IMG/VR virus record: IMGVR_UViG_3300036766_002286
Reading direction: 5' to 3' (one strand)
DNA length: 64,000 bases
DNA from: a virus
Lineage: Duplodnaviria; Caudoviricetes
How positions within the stretch are numbered: position 1 is the first letter of the stretch; every line of letters begins with the position of its first letter. The translations under genes were made by a program, and so were the position numbers. The notes beneath the pieces were generated by a model, which was given only the letters and a program-made list of their open reading frames with translations, did no database searches and was not told the DNA's origin. Below are positions 11,124 through 21,295 of the stretch, piece after piece.

Positions 11124-11725
11124 TCGTTAGAACTGCTACCACCGAGCAATCTGCCAGAGCCTTAGTTATAGTAGATCCTCAGCGCGATTTTGCAGAACTC
11201 GGCAGTCTAGCTGTAGTAGGCGGTAATAAGACAGCAGAGAATATTGCAAACTATGCCTACGGACATGCAGACGTATACAGACTAATTGTAGTAACTCGTG
11301 ACTGGCATCCAGCTTTGTTAGTAAGTCATTTTTCTAATACCCCAGATTATATTGATAGTTGGCCTGCGCACTGCGTACAAGGTACTTTTGGTGCCGAATT
11401 TATCACTCCCATAGCTAATTTACTTACTTCTGGAAAAATAGACGTTGTAGTCTCTAAAGGACAACATTCAGCTGCTTATTCAGGATTTGAAGGATCTGAT
11501 GACTCTGGTAATTCTTTAGATCAAATTCTTTCTGGAATTTCGCAAGTAGACATTTGCGGTATTGCCACTAGTCACTGTGTACGTGCTACAGCTATTGATG
11601 CTTATAATAATGGTTATAGTGTTACAGTATTTACAGATCTATCAGTCGGCGTCACTGATGAGCTGCATACAAAAACCTTATCTGAGTTACATAATATGGG
11701 TATTAAACTAGCTACTTCAGTATAA
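11120..11725 (+). CDS. pncA: Nicotinamidase/pyrazinamidase (isochorismatase family)
   Basis: IVDPQRDF, TRDWH, WPAHCVQGT, KG..YSGF and GIATSHCV motifs. Confidence 0.93.
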   Translation: MIVRTATTEQSARALVIVDPQRDFAELGSLAVVGGNKTAENIANYAYGHADVYRLIVVTRDWHPALLVSHFSNTPDYIDSWPAHCVQGTFGAEFITPIANLLTSGKIDVVVSKGQHSAAYSGFEGSDDSGNSLDQILSGISQVDICGIATSHCVRATAIDAYNNGYSVTVFTDLSVGVTDELHTKTLSELHNMGIKLATSV

Positions 11726-11841
11726 GTTTAAATAATTTCATACCTAAAGATCCGTATTGTTAGGGCACTGACCGTGATATGTATAGGAAAACTGTCTATA
11801 GCTATTCAATAATGAATTAAATAATTATAGGTACTAAATAC

Positions 11842-11876
11842 TTGTTTTTCACTAAAACCCGCTCACTGTATAAGCT
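11842..11876 (+). promoter_or_regulatory. Putative leaderless promoter TTGTTT-16bp-CACTGT-7bp-ATG
   Basis: Recurring motif; no SD sequence. Confidence 0.55.
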
Positions 11877-13553
11877 ATGTCTACAGCCACCAAAATCAGC
11901 AAAATAATAGTTAGTTTCTTGCTATGCCTAGCTGTGCTATCATTGAATTTAGATTCTTCTGCTGGTGCTCAAAGTATTATTGTAACTAAGACCTCATCTA
12001 CGTTTACCAAAGCTGCCGCTCTTTCTGCAGAAAAACTTGCCAATCAAAAAACTGCTATTCTTGCCCCGCAAAAGGTCACCACAACCACAACCACGATCGC
12101 TCCTAGAAAAACCACTACCACTACTACAGTTCGAAGAACTACTACCACTACTACAGTTAGAAGAACTACTACCACTACTACAGTTCAAAGAACTACTACC
12201 ACTACTGTTCCAAAAACTACCACCAATACCATCCCGGCCGCTGAACTTGCCGACCTAGCTGCACAAAAAAAGGCCGCAGACTATGCAGCCAAAAATCCAG
12301 CCGCTCCTCAAGTTAGCAGCAACACCATCAAGGGTTTTGTCGGATGTACCTATGTATCTAGAGAAGGCGCTGCTAGGCAAGTAGACTGTGCTGGCACCAA
12401 TGTTGTTATAGATATATTTCAAGCATGTAAAATTACTCGATTCGATACGTCTCTTGCTTTAACCGAAAAATCTCGTGAGGATTTTGCTACGTTTCTTAGA
12501 GACTTAGTGACAGCTCGTGATAATCATTCTCTTGTAAGCTACTATATTACCTTTACGGGAAATACTTCCCATAATATCGGCAACCAATGCCCCAGTATGT
12601 CAGCACCTTATATTTATATTGACGAGCATACTCTTGCGATGGATCGTGCTATATTTTCACAAAACCATTCTCCAGGCTCGCTTGCTGGTTTCAACGTAAC
12701 TCGTAAAGGCATCTCAACCGGCGATTTAGAACGAGCGCAGGTTACCTATGTCGATTGGTACATGGTAGCAACAGAATGCGTATCGGTTTGTTCTACCACA
12801 ACAACAGTACCTGTTACAACAACTACAAGCACAACACTACCACCCTTCTGCGGTACTCCAGGACACGCTCCGTGCCCCACCACCACGACTATTTCGCCTA
12901 CACCGGGTTCCTCCGGCTCCACGGGTTCCTCTGATTCTACAACATCAACAACTTTCCCAACTAATCCCATTACAGATAACCCATGGACCGCAACGGATCC
13001 TAATGTTAGTATTCGGGTGTATGTAGATACGCCTGCTAAATTCGTTGTTGGCGGTAACTATATGCCACAAAAAGTTACAGTTACTAGGGTTGTCCTTTAC
13101 TGTGGTGCCATAGAGTGCCCACCCACATTAGTACTTGGTTCATATGTCGGAACCTTAACTCAAAGCTCGACTAATCCTAATACCTATAAAGACTGTTCAA
13201 ATTCTATTTCGCTCAACTGTGCTTGGAAAAGTCTTGTAACTAACCCATCTAGTTTTAGTAGTAGTAGTAGTAAGTCTGGGGAAATGAGAATAGGTTTCTA
13301 TTCACCAACCCCATACAATATTTTTGCGAAAACGTCAGTGCTTCTAACTAGTAACATTACTCAATTTGAACGTTGGTATCGTTCAGATCTTTGCGGAGGA
13401 GCGGCTGAAACTGCTCTATCTCCAGATGGCTGTTATGTATTAAAGTCCATTGATAGAACCGATACTAGTGATTTCGTTTTATATGTTAATGGCCTATTAC
13501 AGACATCCCATGATATTTTACGCGCAGTCGTAGGTTCTGTAGGCTCAAAATAA
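11877..13553 (+). CDS. Secreted Thr-rich, Cys-containing protein (paralog of 14577-16265)
   Basis: Signal peptide, poly-Thr linkers and a C-terminal domain shared with the paralog. Confidence 0.85.
   Translation: MSTATKISKIIVSFLLCLAVLSLNLDSSAGAQSIIVTKTSSTFTKAAALSAEKLANQKTAILAPQKVTTTTTTIAPRKTTTTTTVRRTTTTTTVRRTTTTTTVQRTTTTTVPKTTTNTIPAAELADLAAQKKAADYAAKNPAAPQVSSNTIKGFVGCTYVSREGAARQVDCAGTNVVIDIFQACKITRFDTSLALTEKSREDFATFLRDLVTARDNHSLVSYYITFTGNTSHNIGNQCPSMSAPYIYIDEHTLAMDRAIFSQNHSPGSLAGFNVTRKGISTGDLERAQVTYVDWYMVATECVSVCSTTTTVPVTTTTSTTLPPFCGTPGHAPCPTTTTISPTPGSSGSTGSSDSTTSTTFPTNPITDNPWTATDPNVSIRVYVDTPAKFVVGGNYMPQKVTVTRVVLYCGAIECPPTLVLGSYVGTLTQSSTNPNTYKDCSNSISLNCAWKSLVTNPSSFSSSSSKSGEMRIGFYSPTPYNIFAKTSVLLTSNITQFERWYRSDLCGGAAETALSPDGCYVLKSIDRTDTSDFVLYVNGLLQTSHDILRAVVGSVGSK
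12111..12209 (+). repeat. In-frame 27-bp tandem repeat (~3.7 copies) encoding TTTTTTVRR
   Basis: Unit ACTACTACCACTACTACAGTT(A/C)(G/A)AAGA. Confidence 0.9.
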
Positions 13554-13648
13554 TTTAATAAGATTAAACATAGCCACAACTCTTTCATAAGGCATCAACT
13601 ATTTTTTGAGTATATGGCAATATCTGCATTTTCTGGACTATATTTTAT

Positions 13649-14464
13649 ATGGATTTGTATACTGTACTCTTGCATTTTCTACGTAAGCATTTATTAAAAA
13701 TTACAGCTGTTGTTACGATATGCATATTAGTATTAGCAACCGCTATCGTATCCACGCATTCGCTAGTACCCTCATTTTTTAGATCTGATTCCGACAATAC
13801 AAATTCTACTGCGACTTGTTTAGCTGATCAAAGCTGCACAGAAGAGCCAGACGTAGATGTAAGTCTACAGGGAGCCATAGCGCGACACACCCTCGGTACT
13901 TATATTGTTTCTGATTTACAATATATGTTACTAGACACTTCGGAAGTATCTATTCTATTTAAAGAACTTCTAGGCGAACCAAATTCCACTCAAAATGGCG
14001 AATTAATAATAGACGATGCAATAGCTGGATATCTACCTGCAGTAAACGCTTTTAGTAATATAAGTAGCGGCGGGTCTTGGCGTAAAGTTTGGGAGTTCTC
14101 CGAAGGAGTGTCCTTGTATAACGAAATTTTTATTACAGGTTCTTTGAATCAATCTATTACATTTGTTAAGCAGTGGGATAAGTATACTCAAGATCAAGGC
14201 ATGCAACCACTCGCAATAAAAGAATATCCTGATAATATTATACCAGATTCTCTTGGATCGCTAGAAAAGTCTTATAAATTTATTTTCAAGTCACCGGCTC
14301 AAGAAACTCTAGAGTGCGGTAGTCAAACTATTACAGCACAAGGACGTGTAATACTGGTTGTTACTTATATCACTGGTGCTTCGTGTGTGCCAATTCCCAC
14401 CTCCATTCCTATTATACTTATTGAACGTATTTTGCCGCGTGTAAAAATATTAGCACCGCTATAA
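13649..14464 (+). CDS. Membrane-anchored/secreted hypothetical protein
   Basis: N-terminal hydrophobic helix; preceded by GACTAT-7bp-ATG. Confidence 0.75.
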   Translation: MDLYTVLLHFLRKHLLKITAVVTICILVLATAIVSTHSLVPSFFRSDSDNTNSTATCLADQSCTEEPDVDVSLQGAIARHTLGTYIVSDLQYMLLDTSEVSILFKELLGEPNSTQNGELIIDDAIAGYLPAVNAFSNISSGGSWRKVWEFSEGVSLYNEIFITGSLNQSITFVKQWDKYTQDQGMQPLAIKEYPDNIIPDSLGSLEKSYKFIFKSPAQETLECGSQTITAQGRVILVVTYITGASCVPIPTSIPIILIERILPRVKILAPL

Positions 14465-14576
14465 ATAATTAACCGGTTTGTTACTATAATTACGTACATA
14501 TTCTATATTAATTGCTAGTATAATAATTTACGTAAAAGTTACTTGTTTTTATGTAAATGCCACAATAGTTCAAAGT

Positions 14577-16265
14577 ATGTACACAAAAACTATTTCCAGA
14601 AAATTCCTCACAGGTGCTTTGCTTTTTGCAACTATACTACTATCTAGCCCGACTTTTGTAGTTCGAGCGGAACCTTTACAGCAACCAAACACAAGTGCTA
14701 GCGTGCCACAAAGGGCCCCCACAGCTACCACAGTAGCCCCAAAAAAGACCACCACAACTACCATTGCTCCTAAAAAAGTCACCACAACTACTGCAACCCA
14801 ACGCCCTATAATCGCCGATAGGCTAGCTATAAAGACAACCATTGCTCCAGCGGCTAAATATCTAAATATTGCTGCAATAAACGCAGCAGAAATGGCGGCC
14901 TACGAAGCCTCTAAGAAGGTCATGACCGCATCGCCCCTTCCAAGCGTTTCTGCGGTATCTAGAGTCTCTAGTTGCGATCCCAGTGCACCAGGGGATCCTA
15001 GCTTAGCCTGTGCGGCATTGCTACCTACAAAAATATTATTCCCAGATACGGGTACTTTTGGTATTGTAGATATTTTTGCATCCACCGGAACTGTTCCCCT
15101 TCAAGGCAAAGCTATTTTAGGCGCCGCTCGGCCTGGTCTTGTGGCGGCCGAAAACACCATGGAAACTAAAGCTGATTCCATGCTTGCAAGTGCTATAATA
15201 GACCCCACTGCTTCATACATTATTACTTTCACCGGAGGGTTCACCTTTGCAAATCAGCAAGGTTTGAATGATACCCTCGGTTTAGATCGAGCACGTGCTT
15301 CTGCTGAAGATTTGAATAGGGGCATCTGCGGTAGTAAGAAATGTCCTAATACAGAAATTGTAGAATCTTCAGGAGCTTGCCATATCGGAGTTCTTTGTAT
15401 AATAATAAAATCTGCCACAACGAGTGGTGACAGAGCCACTACCGCAGCTTTTGCTATAAAACCGGGCAAGTGTATACCTGGCAATTCTCAGTGCCCTGTT
15501 ACAACCACAACTACGAGTTCATCTCCGCCAACACTACCTCCGAATTGCAATACTCTAGGACATGCTCCATGCCCCACTATACCATCCACAACTACACCCA
15601 ATTCCGGCTCGCCGAGTACAACAACCAGCAACCCTTCTAGTTCTATTTCTGATCGTACTTATATTAATCCTAGATTTATAAACCCCGAGACTGATGAAAT
15701 ATGGACAGTGACAGATCCTAACGTAGAAGTACGTGTATACATTTTTGCTCCAACAAAGTTTATCGTAGGTGGTAGCTACATGCCACAAAACGTTACTGTT
15801 ACCAAAGTTGTTCTTTTTTGTAATAATGTTGCATGTCCACCAATTTTCGAACTAGATTCTTTTGCAGGAACTATGACTCAGAGTTCAGAGGGCACTTACA
15901 AAATGTGTACCACTTTAAGCTCGATGGGTTGTGCTTGGAGACCTTTTAGTGCCAATCCGTTTAATTTTAGTTCATCCCCCAGTTCGGGACTGCAATTAGA
16001 TTTTTATTCGCCTACCCCATTTAATAATTATGTCATCACTACAGTCGGAGTAACTAGCCGTATCAAACAATATTATCCCATCTTTTTCCCCACCTCTAGT
16101 GGGGCATGTTCACTTCCTGAATCTGCTAATACGCCAGATGAATGTTATTATATGGAACCTTTCGGTATAGACACTATTAGCGAATTTATATTATACGACG
16201 GCACACTTCGCAAGGCAGGCTCTACCATACAACGCGTTGTTGTGGGAACAGTGGGCACTAGATGA
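14577..16265 (+). CDS. Secreted Thr-rich, Cys-containing protein (paralog of 11877-13553)
   Basis: Signal peptide; WTVTDPNVEVRVY..KFIVGGSYMPQ matches WTATDPNVSIRVY..KFVVGGNYMPQ in the paralog. Confidence 0.85.
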   Translation: MYTKTISRKFLTGALLFATILLSSPTFVVRAEPLQQPNTSASVPQRAPTATTVAPKKTTTTTIAPKKVTTTTATQRPIIADRLAIKTTIAPAAKYLNIAAINAAEMAAYEASKKVMTASPLPSVSAVSRVSSCDPSAPGDPSLACAALLPTKILFPDTGTFGIVDIFASTGTVPLQGKAILGAARPGLVAAENTMETKADSMLASAIIDPTASYIITFTGGFTFANQQGLNDTLGLDRARASAEDLNRGICGSKKCPNTEIVESSGACHIGVLCIIIKSATTSGDRATTAAFAIKPGKCIPGNSQCPVTTTTTSSSPPTLPPNCNTLGHAPCPTIPSTTTPNSGSPSTTTSNPSSSISDRTYINPRFINPETDEIWTVTDPNVEVRVYIFAPTKFIVGGSYMPQNVTVTKVVLFCNNVACPPIFELDSFAGTMTQSSEGTYKMCTTLSSMGCAWRPFSANPFNFSSSPSSGLQLDFYSPTPFNNYVITTVGVTSRIKQYYPIFFPTSSGACSLPESANTPDECYYMEPFGIDTISEFILYDGTLRKAGSTIQRVVVGTVGTR

Positions 16266-16267
16266 TC

Positions 16268-16546
16268 TTACAAATATAATTTTATTGCAGCGATAGCTTC
16301 TTTCATTTTGTAATAGCAATCCCGCATAGCTGCAATAGGTGTAGAAAACTCTATACTTTTTATTAGGCTATTAGCTACGTCCCCGTCTCGCAACCACGCA
16401 CTACAGAACCACGCACCGCTTTGGTAGTTCAATGCAAAATCACATTCTTGTAACTCAAACCATTTGGTATACTGATGCAAATCTGAAGATCCGAGTTCAA
16501 AAGTACTTACTGTGTTATCTACATCTATTTCTTGAGCGTCTATCAT
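16268..16546 (-). CDS. Hypothetical protein
   Basis: 92-aa ORF converging on the upstream gene. Confidence 0.6.
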   Translation of the reverse strand: MIDAQEIDVDNTVSTFELGSSDLHQYTKWFELQECDFALNYQSGAWFCSAWLRDGDVANSLIKSIEFSTPIAAMRDCYYKMKEAIAAIKLYL

Positions 16547-16700
16547 ATCTCATACAGTACGTAACTGTCATCTGTTCGCATGAGATCAAAGTTATGTTTT
16601 GTGAAAGAATTGTTCAAAAATCTGGCCATTATAAAGCTTTTCGTATTAGAACAATATAAACTACTTAATAGCTGTACACATTGTGCTTTATCCTGAGATA

Positions 16701-17297
16701 TCAAAGTATCTCTTGTTTATACCGTTCCCACCCATGCCCGGCTGTGAGGGGATCTAAAGTTTTAAATAAATAATTTTTCTTCATTAGTACACCAGGATTA
16801 CCTGTGAGTTCACAAATTTCTGCAGAACGTTTTTCGAACTCATAGACTATTTTCTGCATTAACTCTCGTTGCTCATTTTGCTCGTCTCTCTTATTTTCAA
16901 GTACAACACGCGCTGACATACATTCAGCAGTATTGTGATGTGCTTCCATTAGCTCCAACCACGCCGCAATCTTATCTCTATCTTCCTGTGTCCTTACCAC
17001 GCCGATGGCCGGACACTCAAATTCAGATTTAAATTTTATACAGCACGGAGATTGTAATTCTGGTAAATCGAAATAATAACGCAGTGTTCCAAACTTTTCT
17101 TTAACCTGATGAACTTCATAATCAGGGTTAACTGCAGCCAACCTCTGATCCAGACCGATAATAAGGTCATACCAACCGCGATCGCATCTAAGTTCACGCC
17201 CCCATTCGGTGGGTATACGTTGTAGTATTTGTCTAAGCCCCTCAGCGTGTTTGCCAGCATCTTTTGGGACAGGCATCGAACTAATTATTTCATTCAT
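16701..17297 (-). CDS. Hypothetical phage-like protein (QVKEKFGxLRxY family)
   Basis: GWYDLI..QVKEKFGTLRYY and S..ICE.TG.PG motifs; promoter GTGCCT-16-CACTAT-7-ATG. Confidence 0.8.
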   Translation of the reverse strand: MNEIISSMPVPKDAGKHAEGLRQILQRIPTEWGRELRCDRGWYDLIIGLDQRLAAVNPDYEVHQVKEKFGTLRYYFDLPELQSPCCIKFKSEFECPAIGVVRTQEDRDKIAAWLELMEAHHNTAECMSARVVLENKRDEQNEQRELMQKIVYEFEKRSAEICELTGNPGVLMKKNYLFKTLDPLTAGHGWERYKQEIL

Positions 17298-17355
17298 GTA
17301 TTTAATAGTGCCTAGGTCTAATTTCTAGGCACCCATCTTATTCATCTATTGACAG

Positions 17356-17389
17356 CAGATCAGTACTTATATGTATAAGCACTGATCCG
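17356..17389 (-). other. Stem-loop (possible terminator or RNA structure)
   Basis: Minus strand CGGATCAGTGCTTATA-CA-TATAAGTACTGATCTG; the mismatches become G-U pairs on this strand. Confidence 0.5.
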
Positions 17390-17590
17390 GGGTTTAAATT
17401 ACTATTTTTATATTAGCAGAATCCATAATTGGCATTTGAGCGCACATCCAATAAATGCTTATATAAGAGCATATTTAACTAAAGTAACTTTGCTTGAATT
17501 TCTAAACAATTTTGTACCACATAATCATATACTATGTAAGTTTATATTTTTAGACCGGCTACATGCAAAGCAGCAGTAATACAGTAAGTA

Positions 17591-17809
17591 CTATTTGTTT
17601 ATAGGAGTATTAGCACATGATTTAGCAATTTCTCTTGCAAGTTGTGCTGACCAAGCAGCTACACAGCTAGCCCGCGAATATGCAGCGTCACTATCACCAT
17701 ATTCTACAGTTTCCAATAAATCAAGCAGTTCTCTTTGAATACGAGAAACATCAGCGTGAATTTTCTTTTTATTTAATGTCTTTACTTCCTTAACAGGCTC
17801 TTTGCTCAT
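17591..17809 (-). CDS. Hypothetical protein
   Basis: GGAG RBS before the ATG at 17809 (MSKEPV...). Confidence 0.65.
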   Translation of the reverse strand: MSKEPVKEVKTLNKKKIHADVSRIQRELLDLLETVEYGDSDAAYSRASCVAAWSAQLAREIAKSCANTPINK

Positions 17810-17941
17810 TATATGTTCTCCTACAAGTTCTGGCACGACTTTTATCGTAATTTAATACTGTAGGGGCGTTTTTAGTATAAGCAAACAGTAATTTATTTTA
17901 ATTGTTTTCTAGTTGTTTTTGCGCTGTTCATCTATCTTCCT

Positions 17942-19012
17942 TCAGTTTGCTGCAATCTCACTAAATTGTTTGGATCTATTTTGGGCTATTAGAGGGTCAA
18001 TAACCAAGCTGAGTTCGCCATTTAAGACCTTTTCTAGCTGGAATATGGTAAATTCTATTCGGTGGTCAGTTATACGGTTTTCTTTTACGTTGTAAGTGCG
18101 GATTTTTTCACTACGGCCTCCTCGCCCTACTTGGGCTTCACGCATCTGTGCCTGGCTGGTACGGGCTTCTTCTTTCTTTAATTTTAGAAGTCGTGACCGC
18201 AACACCCGCATCGCGCTTATTTTGTTACGTAGCTGGCTACGTTCGTCTTGAATCGCAACCACCAAACCCGTCGGTATGTGAGTAATTCTAACAGCAGAGT
18301 CAGTAGTATTAACTCCTTGTCCACCATGCCCGCTTGCCCTATATACATCTACTCTAAGGTCTTTTTCATCTATTAGCAACTCTGTTTCAGCTGCTTCTGC
18401 TAGTACTATCACAGTCGCAGTTGATGTGTGTACTCGTCCTTGTTTTTCAGTCGCACTCACTCGTTGCACTCGATGGGTGCCACCCTCAAAGCACATCTGT
18501 TCCCACACATCATGGCCCTTAATAACAAATATGACCTGGCTTATACCCCCCAGGTTAGATTTCTTTATAGACAGTACATTTGTGTTCCATTTATTATTTT
18601 GAGAAAATTTAATATACATATCAAACAGATCTCTAGCGAATAAGTTGGCATCTTCCCCGCCCTCAGCGCCCCGAATTTCAACAATAACATTTTTTCCATT
18701 ATTTGTATCTATTGGTAGTATCAACATATGCAGCTCTTGTTCCAGCTGATTAATTGTATTAGTAATAGAAAATAGTTCTGTCTCCAAGTATGTCTGTTCA
18801 AAAGAATTAGCACCAAGCATAAGTTCTTGAATTTCTAGTACAGTGCTAGCTGCGGACTTAAGTTTTCTAATACATTTTATGAGAGGAGTTCTGTGGGCAT
18901 AAAGCATAGACACTTCTCGCAACTTATCAGGATTCTCTAATATGGAGGGCTCGCCCATACTAGTTTCTAATGTAAGGTAATCTTCTATAATATCATCAAA
19001 CAGGGCATACAC
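17942..19012 (-). CDS. prfA: Peptide chain release factor 1 (PxT motif altered to SAT)
   Basis: EIRGAEGGEDA, HRVQRV, GGQGVNTTDSAVR and RSEKIRTYN motifs. Confidence 0.95.
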   Translation of the reverse strand: MYALFDDIIEDYLTLETSMGEPSILENPDKLREVSMLYAHRTPLIKCIRKLKSAASTVLEIQELMLGANSFEQTYLETELFSITNTINQLEQELHMLILPIDTNNGKNVIVEIRGAEGGEDANLFARDLFDMYIKFSQNNKWNTNVLSIKKSNLGGISQVIFVIKGHDVWEQMCFEGGTHRVQRVSATEKQGRVHTSTATVIVLAEAAETELLIDEKDLRVDVYRASGHGGQGVNTTDSAVRITHIPTGLVVAIQDERSQLRNKISAMRVLRSRLLKLKKEEARTSQAQMREAQVGRGGRSEKIRTYNVKENRITDHRIEFTIFQLEKVLNGELSLVIDPLIAQNRSKQFSEIAAN

Positions 19013-19224
19013 GTTCCACTGTTTGTTTCAGGTATCTTTTGTGTCTACCTTGGGGATATTAGATAAATTGCTCATAGCTATTATAGTGCTGTGTATATTC
19101 TTTTAGGCACTTAACGATTCATTTTGCAAAACCCCGCCCATGCTGGTAGTACCGGACCCGTTAATTACATTTGAATCAGTAATAATAGCCGTAATAGTAT
19201 TAGGTATTCAAAAGGATTTATATT

Positions 19225-19428
19225 ATGACCCCCAAAGCAGCCATCTCCCTACAGGACTCGCGACTGCGTGCCGGCCAACGCGCTTTTAAAACGTTAGAAC
19301 GTTATCGTCCAGATCTGGCTGATTTGATTAGAGACACCAAGAATAACCCATTTTATGATGATAAAAAACTTCCCGCTTTTTATAACGAAGTACACAGGCT
19401 GCTAAAAGAAAACCCCACAGAGCAATAA
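19225..19428 (+). CDS. Small phage-like hypothetical protein
   Basis: AAGGA RBS; R.GQ..F..L...RPDLA......PFY motif. Confidence 0.7.
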   Translation: MTPKAAISLQDSRLRAGQRAFKTLERYRPDLADLIRDTKNNPFYDDKKLPAFYNEVHRLLKENPTEQ

Positions 19429-19432
19429 GACA

Positions 19433-20950
19433 TCAACTAAATATATCCGCGCCAGATCTAAGTATAGCGCCCGCAAAGTCGTCTTTAGTTAGTGTTCTAA
19501 GTTCTAAATCACTAGACTGCGCAGTGACTCTACTACCTTGGCGCATTATGGCAGCTTCAAGTATGTTACGCATAAAACGACCATTACCAAAATTGGGTTG
19601 CGCCGAAGTCACGCCAAGCCTGTGGGCGAGTGCTTCTTGCACAGATCTTTCTATTACAAAACCTCTAAGGCTAGATAAGTGATCTAATATTTCTCCCAGT
19701 TCTTTAATGGTATACGAAGGAAATTCTACGACCCGCACAAAACGACTTCGAAGACCGGGGTTAGAGTTAATAAATTCTTCCATTTGAATAGAATATCCGG
19801 CCACTATAACTACAAATTCTTCACGATAATCTTCCATAAGTTTTAGCAGTGTATCTATGGCTTCTCGTCCGGCATCTCGAACTCCTTTTTCATTTGTAAG
19901 AGTATAAGCTTCGTCAATAAATAAAACGCCACCTATTGCACGCTTTACAGCGTCCATGACCCGCTTGGCTGTTTGTTCATTCCCTTCTGTTACCAGATCC
20001 CCTCGGTGTACTTCAACAAGATGCCCAGAGCTTAGAATATTAGACTGCGCTAATATATTTCCGATAATGCGGGCAACCGTGGTTTTAGCAGTACCTACAG
20101 GACCTTTAAATACCATGTGTTGTCCCATTCCAGAAGTGTTAAGTCCCAACTTGTCACGTCTTTCTGTCAAGGCGGTATTATGTAACCATAATTTCACAGT
20201 TTTCTTTACTTCTGTTAATCCTATTAATGAATCTAGTTCTTTATATCCGTCTTGTATTTCTAGATCAGGCTCTAATTTTAACACACTTAAGTCTATATCA
20301 CCAGAATCCATAGTGCGCTCTCCTGTTTTTATTAGTGCATTCTCTGCTAGTAATGCCACAACCCTGGAATTTTGCAGGTTCCCCACACCACGTGCACCGC
20401 GCAATAATTCAATTGCTTTTTTTTCAAATGTAGCAGTTACTGGAGTATGGCTTCTCTCTACAATGTCTAATAGTTGTTCGGCCATTTGCTCTGGCGTTAA
20501 AGATCTTACCCGCACATGAGAAAAATGTCTATACAGATCCGGGTTCATAGCATGCAGTCTCATAACAGCTGTCTTGTCTCCGGCCAATAATACAGTAACG
20601 TCTGTTGTAGTAACAATTAACAAATGCAGCATATCCAATACCGCCACTGTATGTATATCAGCATAAAGATTATCAAGGTCACTTATGAATAGTACTCCAC
20701 CACTTGCTTTACTCCAAGCTTCTTTTAATACCCCAACGGCTTCGGCTGCACAACTTGCGGCGAACTCAGAGGCCAGCATGTAATATACGTTCCCATTTTT
20801 TCTTTGTGCTAATTCAACTGCTGTCTCAGTTTGTCCACAACCTAAAGGTCCCATTATGCATAGGTGGGCTGGTTCACTAGGCGGCGCGTAAGCTTCTAGC
20901 ACCGTTTTTAGCTCTGGTTGTTGACGTATTTGGATGACTAGGTCTATCAT
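19433..20950 (-). CDS. SpoVK/CbbX/EccA-like AAA+ ATPase with two AAA modules
   Basis: C-terminal module HMVFKGPVGTAKTTVAR, GGVLFIDEAY, NPGLRSRF and FGNGRF; N-terminal module degenerate. Start uncertain (20950 or 21001). Confidence 0.88.
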   Translation of the reverse strand: MIDLVIQIRQQPELKTVLEAYAPPSEPAHLCIMGPLGCGQTETAVELAQRKNGNVYYMLASEFAASCAAEAVGVLKEAWSKASGGVLFISDLDNLYADIHTVAVLDMLHLLIVTTTDVTVLLAGDKTAVMRLHAMNPDLYRHFSHVRVRSLTPEQMAEQLLDIVERSHTPVTATFEKKAIELLRGARGVGNLQNSRVVALLAENALIKTGERTMDSGDIDLSVLKLEPDLEIQDGYKELDSLIGLTEVKKTVKLWLHNTALTERRDKLGLNTSGMGQHMVFKGPVGTAKTTVARIIGNILAQSNILSSGHLVEVHRGDLVTEGNEQTAKRVMDAVKRAIGGVLFIDEAYTLTNEKGVRDAGREAIDTLLKLMEDYREEFVVIVAGYSIQMEEFINSNPGLRSRFVRVVEFPSYTIKELGEILDHLSSLRGFVIERSVQEALAHRLGVTSAQPNFGNGRFMRNILEAAIMRQGSRVTAQSSDLELRTLTKDDFAGAILRSGADIFS

Positions 20951-21010
20951 GCAGATCACTGTCCGCCCCAACAGCTGGGCGTCAATGATACAAAATAGCA
21001 ACTATTCGCT

Positions 21011-21295
21011 TTAAGTACCAGTAGGCAAGATACCTATGCCAGTTGGTACATTGGAATCAGAATACACACAAAGCAGTCTACGGGCAGTAACTACACGCTG
21101 TGCACTAGAACATATAACTATACTAACAGAGTCTTCGTTTATCTCTTCTAATACGACTTCTAGAGGCGCGTGTGTAGTATTAAGAAAATAATGATCACCT
21201 AGAATTAGTTCTGCGGCCTGTATAAGTTTTGTTAGCATGTGTGCTCCTAGAAGTAAGTTAATAATAACAGTACCATACCTTTTAAGATATGCCAC
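21011..21295 (-). CDS. Hypothetical protein
   Basis: ORF directly upstream of the AAA gene; start uncertain. Confidence 0.5.
   Translation of the reverse strand: MAYLKRYGTVIINLLLGAHMLTKLIQAAELILGDHYFLNTTHAPLEVVLEEINEDSVSIVICSSAQRVVTARRLLCVYSDSNVPTGIGILPTGT

Noticed and set aside
12111-12209. Tandem repeat as a CRISPR array
   Set aside because: No spacers; it is an in-frame coding repeat for a Thr-rich linker.
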